Below are positions 1 to 10,636 of a stretch of 64,000 nucleotides of DNA, piece after piece. This DNA comes from an uncultured Chloroflexia bacterium (GTDB lineage: Bacteria > Chloroflexota > Ktedonobacteria > Ktedonobacterales > Ktedonobacteraceae). Both the position numbers and the translations under genes were made by a program. The notes beneath the pieces are model-generated. The model searched no databases. It had not been told where the DNA came from and was given only the letters and a program-made list of their open reading frames with translations. Position 1 is the first letter of the stretch. Each line of letters starts with the position of its first letter. The DNA lies in NCBI GenBank assembly GCA_963727755.1, contig CAVSHN010000008.1, positions 541,156-605,155 on the forward strand. The letters are read 5' to 3'.

Positions 1-120
1 AGCTAATCAATTCACGCGTCGTCCATCCACGTGAGCGGATTGAGAACCAAGAAGTGTGGGAAGCAATGTTCGATCAATTCGCCTTACAGCGCAGTGAGTC
101 CTAATAGTTGCTCGTTTTTT

Positions 121-606
121 TTAATCTGCATCAATCTTGCGTTGCTGAGCCTCTTCAATCAAACTGACAAGATACTGGAGCTTCTTGATGGTATGTTGGG
201 CATTGCGCTTGTTACGCTCATAGCCATCGGGGGCAAGTTGCTGAAACCAGATATGAATATCGTCTTCAGAGATATCATACCACTTAGCATCAGCCTGTAA
301 TCGCAGATAGACCCGCATCTGTGGATCTTGCTTCTTGCGAGCCGACGTGGCAGACGAGGACTGACCAGCACTCTCGCTTTCGTCAGCGGCAACTGCGGCA
401 GCCAACTCCACCGACGGATGTAATTCTTTATACAATGCCTCAACATCGCTAGCACGAAAGAAAGCTTCCCGCCCCACTCCTCGATGTGTCCTGATCCTGC
501 CTTCTTTGACCCATAACTCAAGAGTCACCCGATCTATACCTAGGCGTCGAGCGGCCTCACCAGCATCTACAAAGGCAAAGCTCCCACCTCCAAGTTTACT
601 GACCAT
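121..606 (-). CDS. Helix-turn-helix (excisionase/MerR-type) DNA-binding domain protein
   Basis: N-terminal AARRLGIDRVTLELWVKEGRIRT resembles an excisionase-family HTH. The C-terminal half is uncharacterised. Confidence 0.45.
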   Translation of the reverse strand: MVSKLGGGSFAFVDAGEAARRLGIDRVTLELWVKEGRIRTHRGVGREAFFRASDVEALYKELHPSVELAAAVAADESESAGQSSSATSARKKQDPQMRVYLRLQADAKWYDISEDDIHIWFQQLAPDGYERNKRNAQHTIKKLQYLVSLIEEAQQRKIDAD

Positions 607-1270
607 CCCTCACCTCTCCTTCTCCTTGCTGTCCAACTTGCTGTTGATAGAACATCAACAGAGTACTTCCATAACGACGCTCATCCGTAAGTATGAGGTG
701 CCGACACTCCACCGCTGCTACACCCGGGCGTTCCTTCGGATGAATTTGTACAATAACCAGCCCATTATCAGCTAGCAGGGTTGAACTATCGATGAGAGCA
801 AGCGCACGAGCAGCCAGCTCTTCATATTGCGGAGGAGCCACGTAGAGTATATCATATATCCGTTGACGGCTAGTAACTAAAGAATTTGCTGGAACTTGCC
901 CGTTTCGGGTAGAAGATAATATTTGATGAGATTGCAGAAACTTGAAGGCATCTGTATGCAAAATTTCGGCACGATCTGCAAGTTGAGTGATTTGCAAATT
1001 TTCACGTACCAATTTCAAAATCTTGCCATTCATCTCAATGAACGTGGCATGCCGAGCACCACGACTGAGTGCTTCAATGCCAACACTACCTGTACCAGCA
1101 AACAAGTCCAGGAAGCGAGCATCCTCAACCTGAGTCGAGAGAATATCAAAGAGTGCTGTCTTCACACGGTCCATGATGGGGCGTGTCCCAACAGTCTTAG
1201 GGGTCTTTAACTTGCGCCCCTTGGCCTGACCAGTCACCACACGCATAGAGATCCTCCTCTTCTGCCACAA
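596..1270 (-). CDS. rsmD: 16S rRNA (guanine966-N2)-methyltransferase RsmD
   Basis: RsmD motifs (FLDLFAGTGSVGIEALSRGA, DILYVAPPQY). The real start is probably the internal MRVVTGQAKGRKL at about 1246. Confidence 0.8.
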   Translation of the reverse strand: MWQKRRISMRVVTGQAKGRKLKTPKTVGTRPIMDRVKTALFDILSTQVEDARFLDLFAGTGSVGIEALSRGARHATFIEMNGKILKLVRENLQITQLADRAEILHTDAFKFLQSHQILSSTRNGQVPANSLVTSRQRIYDILYVAPPQYEELAARALALIDSSTLLADNGLVIVQIHPKERPGVAAVECRHLILTDERRYGSTLLMFYQQQVGQQGEGEVRDGQ

Positions 1271-1561
1271 ATATTTCCTAGGTTCTCATTCTCATGCGTA
1301 CATTATATCAAAAACACTCGGTGGAAGCACCCCTTGAAGTTGAGCCACCTTAACTGCTCACTTCGTTCTAACGCCAGAGTAATAACCGAAACTATTTGAC
1401 ACAATACATTATAGGTATGATATTATAATAAAACCACCGATTGATATACAGCGACGCAATTTTAGTCAAGATCAGAGCAACAGAACCGCAACAGAGAGAT
1501 CTCTGTTGTATCCTTTTGCCATAAGCTAGTAGGCAATCCTGAGAAAGTCGAGACGTAGACC

Positions 1562-2281
1562 ATGACCAGCCCGGCACCTACACAACCGCTATCAACCCAA
1601 ACACCAGTACTCACATCGGAAAATAAAGTGACAACAATGGCACAACATAAATCAACACCAAATAAACCAGTACTAGCTACTCCTGCTAGAAGAAGAATAG
1701 GGGATACCCAAGGTGCACTCGTTACCAAAGCCATCTTGCGCCCTTTTTTCAAATTTTTGTATTACCTGAGCAGCTGGCTCAAAACTCATAAGCTGGCCAG
1801 CCTAGGTATTCTTCTCCTTCTGGGGATAAGCATCGGTGCAACTTATTATTACACAACACCAACACACGAACTACCCTTTGGCATCAACCACGATCCTTTC
1901 GACTTCCCTTACGACGGAGGCAAAGGTGAGGGAGTTATCGTAAAGGATTGGCTCTATGCCCTGAAGGATGGAGATACCACCCATCTTGCACTGCTTGGGC
2001 AAAATCTCCCACAGGGACAGACAACTGACCCTTCACAGTTAGTAAGTCAATATAGCGAAACAAAAGCTCACCTTACATGGGGGGACGTGGATGTCATATC
2101 CGTCCATCAGCAACCAGACTCGACTATAGATAGCCTTGTACAAATACCACTCTCAACTAAGGGGCCAGGAACCTCAGTAAAGGCAATCCTACTCATTCAC
2201 TTTGTCACCGCCTCACTCAGCGGACAAGGTCCCACCATACTGGGTGTGGATATCATGCCTCTACGACCCTTACAATCGTAG
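1562..2281 (+). CDS. Hypothetical membrane protein (one TM helix, no recognisable domain)
   Basis: Long ORF with the TM segment LASLGILLLLGISIGATYYY. No family recognised. Confidence 0.35.
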   Translation: MTSPAPTQPLSTQTPVLTSENKVTTMAQHKSTPNKPVLATPARRRIGDTQGALVTKAILRPFFKFLYYLSSWLKTHKLASLGILLLLGISIGATYYYTTPTHELPFGINHDPFDFPYDGGKGEGVIVKDWLYALKDGDTTHLALLGQNLPQGQTTDPSQLVSQYSETKAHLTWGDVDVISVHQQPDSTIDSLVQIPLSTKGPGTSVKAILLIHFVTASLSGQGPTILGVDIMPLRPLQS

Positions 2282-2331
2282 CACTATAATGTTGAGAAAC
2301 TGGGGTTTTTCCAAAAGAAGGGATACAGACA

Positions 2332-4192
2332 ATGACACAAGAAGCTGCTACGAAACAAAAGAGCAGTCTGGATAAGTCGATTGATCTGGGGCTAGACCAG
2401 TTTGGGCGTTTTTTGAAAAGCTCTTGGCTCTGGCTCACAATCGTATTCGTACTCATCCTTTTCTTCACATCCATAATCAAGATACCTGGGGTCGATCCAG
2501 GTGTCATCCTCACATCGACGCTTGAGATTGGCTTCGCAATTTGTTACATCCTGATCCAGTTTATCGCTCTCTTCTGGTTCTTAGGACGTCCACGCCTGTA
2601 TTGGGTCATGCCTGGAGAAACTGGAGTCACCTTTGACGATTATAAAGGCAATCCTGAAGTGCTCGAAACAGCCCGGCGCATGGTTGCATTATTGCGTGGC
2701 ATTAAAGAATTCGAGCAAATGGGCGGCAAACCAGTCCGCGGTCTGCTACTCTCTGGCCCTCCAGGAACAGGTAAGAGCTACCTAGCACAGTGTATGAGCA
2801 CTGAAGCTGGCGTCCCATTTGCCTATGCCAGTGCCGCCAGTTTCCGCGCTATGTTCATTGGCATGGACGTCCTTATGATTAGCAGGCTCTATCGCAAAGC
2901 TCGCAAACTGGCACGCGAGTATGGCGGTTGTGTTGTCTTCATGGACGAAATCGACGCTATCGCTACATCACGTACCGCCCGAGGCGGGGGAACTATGGCA
3001 ATGGGAGGCGGTATCTTCGGTGGTATGGGGGGAACAGGTGGTCTCAATCAACTTCTGATGGAAATGGACCCACCGAACATTGAAACAGGCTGGTTTAAGA
3101 AAGTTCTCCGTATGCTCGGTCTCTACCATAGCCGAGCACAGAGTGAACCTGTCCTGACAGTTGGAGCAACCAACGTCCCTGAGTCCCTTGATCCAGCACT
3201 TCTACGTCCAGGCCGCTTCGATCGGAAGGTCCATGTTGCTCCACCAACAGATAAATACCGTCCAGAGGTGATAGAATTCTACCTGAATAAGGTGAAACAT
3301 AAACCAAATATATCTCTTCCTGCACTTTCAGCTCGAATGGTTAACTATACACCAGTTGCCATTAAGCATGTAGTCAATGAAGCAACCATTGTCGCTCACT
3401 TCGATGGCCGCGATACAATCACTTACAAAGATCTTGTTGATGCACAGGATGTACATGAATACGGCCTGCGCCAGATAAGCGAACTGACACCCATCGAACG
3501 CCGTCGTTTGGCTTACCATGAAGCTGGCCATACCGTCGCTGCTTACTACCTGAAGGACCGCGAATACCCAGCATTCGTCACGTTACATGGCCACGGAGAT
3601 GTGGAAGGAGCCGCTGCTTTTGCACATTCTCGACCAAAAAGAAACTGTCATTACGCAAAATCGAGAAGATCTTCTGGCTCAGATCCAAGTCTGCTTGGCA
3701 TCTCGCGCCTCTGAAGAACTCTTCCTCAATACCCAACTGAGCGGCGTCACGTCAGACTTTGCGACAGCGACCCAACTGGCCACGTTATACATAGGCGCAT
3801 TCGGCATGGATGGCACGATTACATCCTACCTAGGTTTTTCCGACGGGTTCATGGGAGCTAATCCACGCGGCTTGCCAAAAATGGAAGAACGTGTAGAAGC
3901 GTTGCTCCAATCGCAACTTAAGGCCGTCCGACAGCTCTTTATGGAACATCGAGAAGCTCTTATCGCCCTTGCTGAAGCCTTGATAGAGCGTGATGAACTG
4001 GTTGCAGAAGAAATCAAGGAGGTGATTGCCAGTGCGGATGCACGTAAGGCTATCCAAACTGTTCTCAGTGAATTCTCTCCACTGCTGGGAACAGGCAACA
4101 ATGGACATAGAGAGGCTATAGCAAATGGCCATAGCAAGGAAACGCCCTCTCTGCCCAGCCCACGAAATAATCCTCCGCAGAACATGGACTGA
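2332..4192 (+). CDS. FtsH-like AAA+ ATPase / M41 zinc metalloprotease paralog, reading frame interrupted
   Basis: Walker A GPPGTGKS, Walker B DEID, sensor GATN, PGRFDRKV, HEAGH zinc motif, then an FtsH C-terminal helical region. The track's ORFs 2332..3714 and 3587..4192 join if one A is dropped from the A5 run at 3636-3640. Atypical N-terminus (two TM helices, no FtsH periplasmic domain) and a Gly-rich insertion between Walker B and sensor-1. Confidence 0.7.
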
Positions 4193-4245
4193 CCAGCGAG
4201 CAAGCAGCGCAGTAAGTTCTCGCACAGATGAGACAAACGCTCTCT

Positions 4246-4290
4246 AAGGATTAGAGGGCTTCCTAGAGCGATCAGGAAGCCCTCTAGCTG
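4246..4290. terminator. Perfect 12-bp inverted repeat (agagggcttcct...aggaagccctct) downstream of the ftsH-like gene
   Basis: Seen directly in sequence; position is consistent with a terminator. Confidence 0.4.
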
Positions 4291-4418
4291 CCCTCTTGTT
4301 AATAGATAGGATATGCAACCTCTCCACTAATTCAAGCGTGCTAGTAGTGTACAATGTCGAGGCCAGACGGCCTGACATCTCACATAGGTACCAACACTCT
4401 AAGCAGGAGAGGTGAAAT

Positions 4419-4721
4419 ATGCCAGTTGTAGGGTTGATCCTTGGTGCAGCATTTCGACCCGATGGCCTTGTGATCTGGCTGATTATTGGTTTGATCGCGG
4501 GCTTCATAGCCAGTCGGATTATGCGTAGTGGTGGCTATGGAGTTATCGGTGACATCATTGTTGGTCTCATCGGAGCTTTCATCGGGGGCTTGCTCACCAA
4601 TCTTCTCATTCCCAACGCTAACTTTGGGTTCATTGGGAGCATCATCGTATCCATCATCGGTGCTTGTATCCTAATCGCGATCATACATGCTTTTCGTGGT
4701 ACTAGTAGCACAAGAGTCTAA
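4419..4721 (+). CDS. GlsB/YeaQ/YmgE family stress-response membrane protein
   Basis: 100 aa, Gly-rich TM helices (GFIASRIMRSGGYGVIGDIIVGLIGAFIGG) typical of the transglycosylase-associated family. GGAGAG SD precedes the start. Confidence 0.75.
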   Translation: MPVVGLILGAAFRPDGLVIWLIIGLIAGFIASRIMRSGGYGVIGDIIVGLIGAFIGGLLTNLLIPNANFGFIGSIIVSIIGACILIAIIHAFRGTSSTRV

Positions 4722-4772
4722 AGATTTACTTCCGTGCCCAGGCCCCAAAGATTGGAGTGAGCTTATAGAGCA

Positions 4773-4830
4773 GGGGACAATTTGAAGGAAAAAAGCACAT
4801 TTTCCTTCAAATTGTCCCCCTTTTTGACTT
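4773..4830 (+). terminator. Rho-independent terminator
   Basis: ggggacaatttgaaggaaaa...ttttccttcaaattgtcccc hairpin followed by ctttttgac. Confidence 0.5.
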
Positions 4831-4879
4831 GAAAGACTCCTCACTGATCAGCTATCCTCTTACTCAAGAGTAGTTCTAG

Positions 4880-6571
4880 TTGGAAATATGCAAAGATAGA
4901 GAAAAGTTAAAGATGAAGAAACGCCTTCGACGACAACCACACCTTTCTTTAGTCGATATCACCATTCTCATTGGGCTGACCTTCGCAGCCCTACTCCCAC
5001 GCATCATACTCGCTCTTCGACTTGATATAGTCTCTGACGAACTTGTCTATATCCAAGCAGCCAAGAAATATTTTCCGCTCTTAGAACATCTAAAAATAGG
5101 CGCAAAGGGATGGAGCTTCAACTACGAGCAGCCCCCACTTGTCAAACTATTCATCGGTCTAGCTCTCTACCTCAACACCATCCTTGCTCACCCTTTAGCT
5201 GAACTCCAAGCTGCACGCATCCCTAGCATTATCATGGGCACCGTGCTTGTCGTTGCAATCTATTGGCTGGGGCATGCTATTGTTGGACGTGTCGTAGCTT
5301 TGCTTGCTGCCCTTTGCCTTGCCTTCAGCCCCTGGCTCGCATTTTTTAGCGCCATTGCCTATCTCGATATACCAATGACAACGTTGATTACTCTCGCCTA
5401 TCTTTTAATCTGGTATGCTCCTCGCCGACCTGTACTCTACCCGCTTGCAGCCGCTCTGCTAGGATTGGGAGCGGCGAGTAAATATCCTGCCGTGCTCATT
5501 ATTCCATGTATGATTCTCTTTACTGCCCACTATTTTTTCCTGATTCGCCCACGCCTCCCCGTTGAGCAACGACCAAGCATACCTTGGGGCTGGTGGGCCA
5601 GTGCAATCATTGTAGCCCCTCTCACTTTTCTAGTCGCCAACCCGGCCATCTGGCCCTCCCCTTACCACCTGTTGATCCATAGTTTTACCTTTGAGTGGAA
5701 ACATGCAGTTAATGGGCATTTAACCTTTATTGATGGACAAGCTAACTGGCATGCTCCTCATTGGGCCATCCCCTTTATCCTTCTTGTCAAGATGAGCCTA
5801 CTTGTAACAATTCCTGCTGCTATTATTATATGCTACACACTAATACAATTAATACAGTTCCACCTGTACCATACCAAAATAGAGATAGCAGACGTCACAA
5901 CTTTCTCCTTTCTGCTCATTTGGCTCGTTGGCATCATAGGGATGTTCTGTCTCTTTACCATTGTTGTTGGAACCAACTATGCACTCCCAGCAGTTCCTCC
6001 AGTAGCACTGGCAGGCGCTTATGGACTCACGAAGTTTCTAGGCTATCGTCGAGGGCAGTTGTTCTCATCATCCTCTCCAGAAATAGCACCCCTAAAATCG
6101 TCACCTCTCCGGCCACATAAGCTAGGACTGCAACCTTATACAGTAACATCAGTCACTTTATTGACTCTCATGCTAGCTGTCCCACATTTGATTGGGCTCA
6201 TAAGCGTTTCTGATGCAGATGGATATAGCAACGAACTTTTTCGTGGTGAGAATAGAGTTCTGCAAGGGAGCTATATCGGCTATCATGATGCTTTGCAATG
6301 GCTGAACCAGCATACGCATGGCAAAGCAAGTGTCGGGTTTGTCACAATTTGGAATACGGGAATAGATCTCTGGTACCACTATAACAAGAACTTTTCTACC
6401 CACTATCGATTGGCTCCAGTTTATCCAGGTACCCTTATTCCATCTTATAAATACCTGATTTTCCCTATAAATCTTGTCCAGCGCGGGATAACTATACCCC
6501 CGCAATACCACATCATCCATGTTATTTCAGGAGGCAGTACCATTTACTGTTACGTTACTGCACACACCTGA
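4880..6571 (+). CDS. Integral-membrane glycosyltransferase, GT39/ArnT/PMT-like (PMT_2 family)
   Basis: Multi-TM N-terminal region with loop motifs typical of phospholipid-carrier-dependent glycosyltransferases, plus a soluble C-terminal domain. Confidence 0.6.
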   Translation: MEICKDREKLKMKKRLRRQPHLSLVDITILIGLTFAALLPRIILALRLDIVSDELVYIQAAKKYFPLLEHLKIGAKGWSFNYEQPPLVKLFIGLALYLNTILAHPLAELQAARIPSIIMGTVLVVAIYWLGHAIVGRVVALLAALCLAFSPWLAFFSAIAYLDIPMTTLITLAYLLIWYAPRRPVLYPLAAALLGLGAASKYPAVLIIPCMILFTAHYFFLIRPRLPVEQRPSIPWGWWASAIIVAPLTFLVANPAIWPSPYHLLIHSFTFEWKHAVNGHLTFIDGQANWHAPHWAIPFILLVKMSLLVTIPAAIIICYTLIQLIQFHLYHTKIEIADVTTFSFLLIWLVGIIGMFCLFTIVVGTNYALPAVPPVALAGAYGLTKFLGYRRGQLFSSSSPEIAPLKSSPLRPHKLGLQPYTVTSVTLLTLMLAVPHLIGLISVSDADGYSNELFRGENRVLQGSYIGYHDALQWLNQHTHGKASVGFVTIWNTGIDLWYHYNKNFSTHYRLAPVYPGTLIPSYKYLIFPINLVQRGITIPPQYHIIHVISGGSTIYCYVTAHT

Positions 6572-6746
6572 CTTAATCTATGAAGAAGGGCCAGAAAAAA
6601 AGTGCAAAACCTTGAACTAGACCCGTACATCTGTTATCCTAACCACAGGTTTGTGCATATCATCTACACCCTAGCATAGTTCTAGAAAACTTAGCATTCC
6701 ATATCCCTCTCCCCAAATGCTACATTGATAGCATCTGAAGTGAAAA

Positions 6747-8415
6747 GTGATAAAATTGATGAAAACAGATACTTCACTGAGTCAACTTACTCATACCCTT
6801 TACTCCAGTATGCTTACCAGCTCTCGATCTAAGCAACACTGGCTAACCTTACTAACGTGGATAGCCGTGCTGATTTTCTTCACAGTCGCTATTTGGATGC
6901 GCCTACATTTACTTGACGTCCCTTTTGATCGCAATTCATACGACGAAGGCGTCTACTGGCAATCATTACGCTCAATGAGTACAGGTAGTTTGCTCTATCA
7001 ACAAATTTTCTATTCTCAGCCCCCAGCTTTCTTGCTCTCTATCTATCCTTTCTACGTTCTTCTCGGTCAAACAATCTGGTCTGCCAGACTAGGTATTGCC
7101 ATTATCTCATTATTTGGCTTTCTAGGTGCTCTGCTCCTAGGCAAAGCCTTAGCGGGACGATTGGGTTTGCTTTTTGCATTGCTGCTACTAACCATCAACC
7201 CACTCTACCTTACGGAATCACAGATACTACAGGCTGATGCCCCATCAGCAGCTCTGTCACTACTAACCATAGGACTAGCCTATCTCTGGTGGCAAAGGCC
7301 TAATGGGATTGCAGGATACTGTCTGGCAACTCTGACTGGAATGACACTCGCACTTAGTATCCTCACTAAACTTCTAGCAATTTCTGCTGTGATACCTGTC
7401 AGTCTGCTAGTACTTGCACACCTCGTGAGGACGAAAAAGCAAGCAGAGGTAATTTCCTCGCATTCTAAGAACGTACTCTTCCTCGGATGTGTAGCTATCG
7501 TGCTAACTACCATCTTGCTATTAGAGCCTTTCAGGCCTGCATTTCCACAGTTGTGGAAAATGGTTGTGACTTTCCACACTAAAGCCGAAAGGCCTTATCT
7601 AGCTACGCAAAAATGGAATAGCAGTGCCATTCGGCCTATCCTAGTATCCTTTCTTGGTGCTAGTGCCCTCTATGGCACTCTGATAGCACTATTCAGGCGT
7701 GATTGGCGCGTGATACCATTGTTAGCATGGTTGGTTGCAACAATCTACCTGTTATGGCAACAAGTCCCACTCTTTCCTCACCATCTGGTGGCCCTCACTC
7801 CTCCTCTGATCGCTTTAGCCATCATGGGCATTTCTCCCATCACCTCCGCAGAACAACGTCCCAGACTATTAGATGATCCCTTGTTCCCCCTGGCTACCAC
7901 GAAAAATAGCTTCTTTCAGTAAAAGGATAACCTTTTTAAAAGGCACATCTACGACAACTCACGCACTAGTTACCTATACCACAACCGTACTAGCAATGAT
8001 TTTAGCCATTTGTCAAATATCTATCAATATTCAAGCAATACGATTCTTTTATGACAATTCATATGTAATGGCCCGATCACCAAATGTGCAGCTTAGCCTG
8101 CATGCCGTGCAAGATTTACAGCAATTTACTAAACAAGGCCAGTTAGTCATCACAGATGCCCAGTTCATTGCCGCACAAGCAAACCGCAACACACCTGCCA
8201 GTCTGGTTGATACCTCAGAAGTGCGCATCATCGTAGGCTATTTGCCTACAAGACAACTAAGAGAGGAAGCTTCGCAACCCCAGGTGTACGCTATCCTTTT
8301 TTATACAGATCGTCTTGACAGATTTTTGCCGTCATTCTACAATTGGGTACAGTACCACTTTCACCTCGCCTATTACTATGGCGAAGGAAAGGAGCTATGG
8401 GTCAGAAACCCATAA
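6747..8415 (+). CDS. Second GT39/ArnT-like membrane glycosyltransferase, frame interrupted
   Basis: ORFs 6747..7922 and 7873..8415 together match the neighbouring 563-aa paralog (TM region plus C-terminal domain). They join if one C is removed from the C5 run at 7886-7890. Confidence 0.5.
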
Positions 8416-8551
8416 AGGGGATTTTTTATGCAGAACAAAAAGACTTTTAGTACTATGGAGATCATCCTAGTTGGCGTCCTACTAGGTTCACTCCTACTCG
8501 GATTCTTACAGGCACGCCGCGAGGAAAAGGGAAGATAGGGCTGGGAGATTT

Positions 8552-8895
8552 TTATTCATCCCGCCATCCCTTTTTCAATTCACGTACAAAACCGATCATA
8601 CCCTGACGCCAGGTCATTTTCTGTTCTCGCTTAGCCTTTTCTTGCTGGAGCCGAATCGTCTCCAGCATAATAGAGTCGCGCAAGCTTTCCAAGCGCTCGA
8701 CATCATAGGCAATACGCTTCAGAGGATCACTCAACACCGCATAGGCCTGATTGAGCTGCTTGATACGGCTATTCTCGTTACCTTTATTGATGTCAGGATG
8801 ATAGAGGCGCACAAGACGACGGTAAGATTGCTTGATTGCTCAAGAGAGGCATTTGTCGGAACTTCGAGAATTGCATAATAATCTGGCGGCTGCAT
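8552..8895 (-). CDS. J-domain (DnaJ-like) protein, frame interrupted
   Basis: MQPPDYYAILEVPTNASLE in one frame continues as AIKQSYRRLVRLYHPDINKG...LNQAYAVLSDPLKRIAYD in the next, which is a classic J domain with HPD. One base is missing near 8842-8848. ATG at 8895 is preceded by AGGAGA. Confidence 0.6.
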
Positions 8896-8897
8896 AG

Positions 8898-9350
8898 CTA
8901 TTCTCCTGTACTTCCAAAACCTCCACGGCCACAGCCCACCTGTCCCACTTCATCCCAGACAACACGGGTAACTGGAACAAATATTCCCTGAGCGATACGT
9001 TCGCCACGCAAAACAGAAACTGGTTCGTCACGAAAATTATAGACCGAGACGAGCACTTCATCACCTTCACCACAATAGTCTTGGTCAACAACTCCCACAC
9101 CGTTTGGTATCAATAGCCCCTTACGCTTGGCTGTACTGCTTCGCATGGTCAGGAGCAACATATATCCTGGTGGCGTCTCGACGATAACATTGCCAGAAAT
9201 GCGTGCTAACCTACCTGGTAGCACTTCGGTATCCTCACGGCAAATTAAGTCGAAACCCACTGACCCCGCTGTAGCATATCTGGGTAGTGGCAAGGCTGTA
9301 TCGACTCTTTTGATTTTGACATTCAAACTGTAAGGAAAATGGTTCATCAA
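8898..9350 (-). CDS. dut: dUTP diphosphatase
   Basis: 150 aa with dUTPase motifs (AGSVGFDL, PPGYMLLLTMRSS, GVGVVDQDYCGE, SVLRGERIAQ). Confidence 0.85.
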   Translation of the reverse strand: MMNHFPYSLNVKIKRVDTALPLPRYATAGSVGFDLICREDTEVLPGRLARISGNVIVETPPGYMLLLTMRSSTAKRKGLLIPNGVGVVDQDYCGEGDEVLVSVYNFRDEPVSVLRGERIAQGIFVPVTRVVWDEVGQVGCGRGGFGSTGE

Positions 9351-9361
9351 AATCTGGCAAG

Positions 9362-9783
9362 GATACCCCTGCCTTTAGGCATGGGGAGGAATTGCCCCCT
9401 GCACGCAATGGGATGTGGGGAAGGCAAGTGGAGGGCTGTCCTTGTGCGTAAGCACTCTCTTGCCTCTCCTTTCTGTTCTGTCCCCTTGCGGGGAGCCGTT
9501 TTTTGATAGGAACGGCTAAACCGACACTGGTCTCCCAGGTAATGTTCGCCTCGACGATGATATCAACCGGTACTTTCCGATGAGCACTGGCTTAACCCTT
9601 GTACACCTGTTTAACCCATCAGTTCTAGAGCAGCGGGCTGGCGTCGCACCCGCTGGTAGGAGCTTGAACACTTGTTGATATCGTAGCCCCGTCAGCCTTT
9701 CGGCTGGTGGCTGGGTCTGGTCAGGTGGGCTTGATGAAACAACGTTGCCGCTGCTCACAAGCCCCTAGCGAAAGCTTGCGGGT
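9362..9783 (-). mobile_element. Miniature IS200/IS605-like element with omega-RNA-like scaffold and no protein gene
   Basis: Shares its 5' hairpin, a ~270-nt structured core and a 3' end region with the IscB element at 61030-62701 but has no iscB. The 5' flank is TCAGG before AACCC. See findings. Confidence 0.55.
9516..9783 (-). ncRNA. Orphan IscB-type omega-RNA-like structured RNA
   Basis: Aligns end-to-end with the region 5' of iscB (62430-62700). Stems show compensatory substitutions (gatatcaac/gttgatatc versus gttatcgac/gtcgataac; cggg..cccg versus cacg..cgtg). Confidence 0.5.
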
Positions 9784-10636
9784 TCCTGACAGATGGGTTC
9801 TATTCTAGGGAGTGACATCTCCCCATGACTAATGAATGTTAAGAAATTAACAGGGTAAAGAGATAAGCATCGTATATACCCTCTTAATTTTTTAAAGTTC
9901 ATAAGTCATGGGCTTCCCATCCTCACGAATGAGCTTTTCTGTTTCATCGGGGGTTGCCAGTCTGAGCTTTCGCCTTGAGCGGGTCTTATACTCCCTCCGC
10001 AAACCTAAATTCCCCTGAGCCCCAGGGTACTTACTCAGGAGCCACTTTGGGCTGCTGACAACGCTATTCTAGCAGATCTATCGAAAATTATACACTGGAA
10101 TAGGCAAAAGGTACCCCGGTGCCCAACCCCCATTAAAGGACGCGTCATTCATCCCCATAGCTGAAGCAAGGGGTCTTCTGACGCAAGAAGAATAAGCGCC
10201 GACACGTCAAGGGTTTCCCACAAAACCCAAAACTGTCCCTCTTTTCTCCTATGAGAAAGTGCAAACTTCTGTTAAAATAAAATCAAAATGACAGGCACAA
10301 AAAAGCTAGAGATCCTGCCACCTCCGGTCCTACTAAAACGTATAAAGGGAAAGGCTGTTTAATTTGACTTACCAAATTATCCAAGAATTTCTAGAGAATC
10401 CGGCCCTCAGGGACTAGAATGAAAGGAGGACTTGCGTTATAATTGGAATAGGAATAATTTCCAACTTGATATTGTTGCTTTCTAGAAGAGACAGGATACA
10501 TGTCATTGAATTCCTCTTACTCGGCGCCCGGACAGAACGGTCTGACGGAGGCCCGTTTTCCCTGAGTGTAGGACCATACAAATGAACAGATATCTTGCTG
10601 CTTAGGATATACTTACTTTTTCCTGGAGGGCGCACA

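Noticed and set aside
3587-4192. 3587..4192 as an independent gene
   Set aside because: It is the C-terminal M41 protease part of the ftsH-like gene, in a frame shifted by one base.
8437-8538. 36-codon ORF MQNKKTFSTMEIILVGVLLGSLLLGFLQARREEKGR
   Set aside because: Plausible small membrane peptide, but too short to support without comparative or expression data.
9516-9758. ORF 9516..9758 (-), and likewise 62303..62569 (-)
   Set aside because: They lie entirely within the conserved structured-RNA region. Differences between the copies follow base-pairing rather than codon logic.
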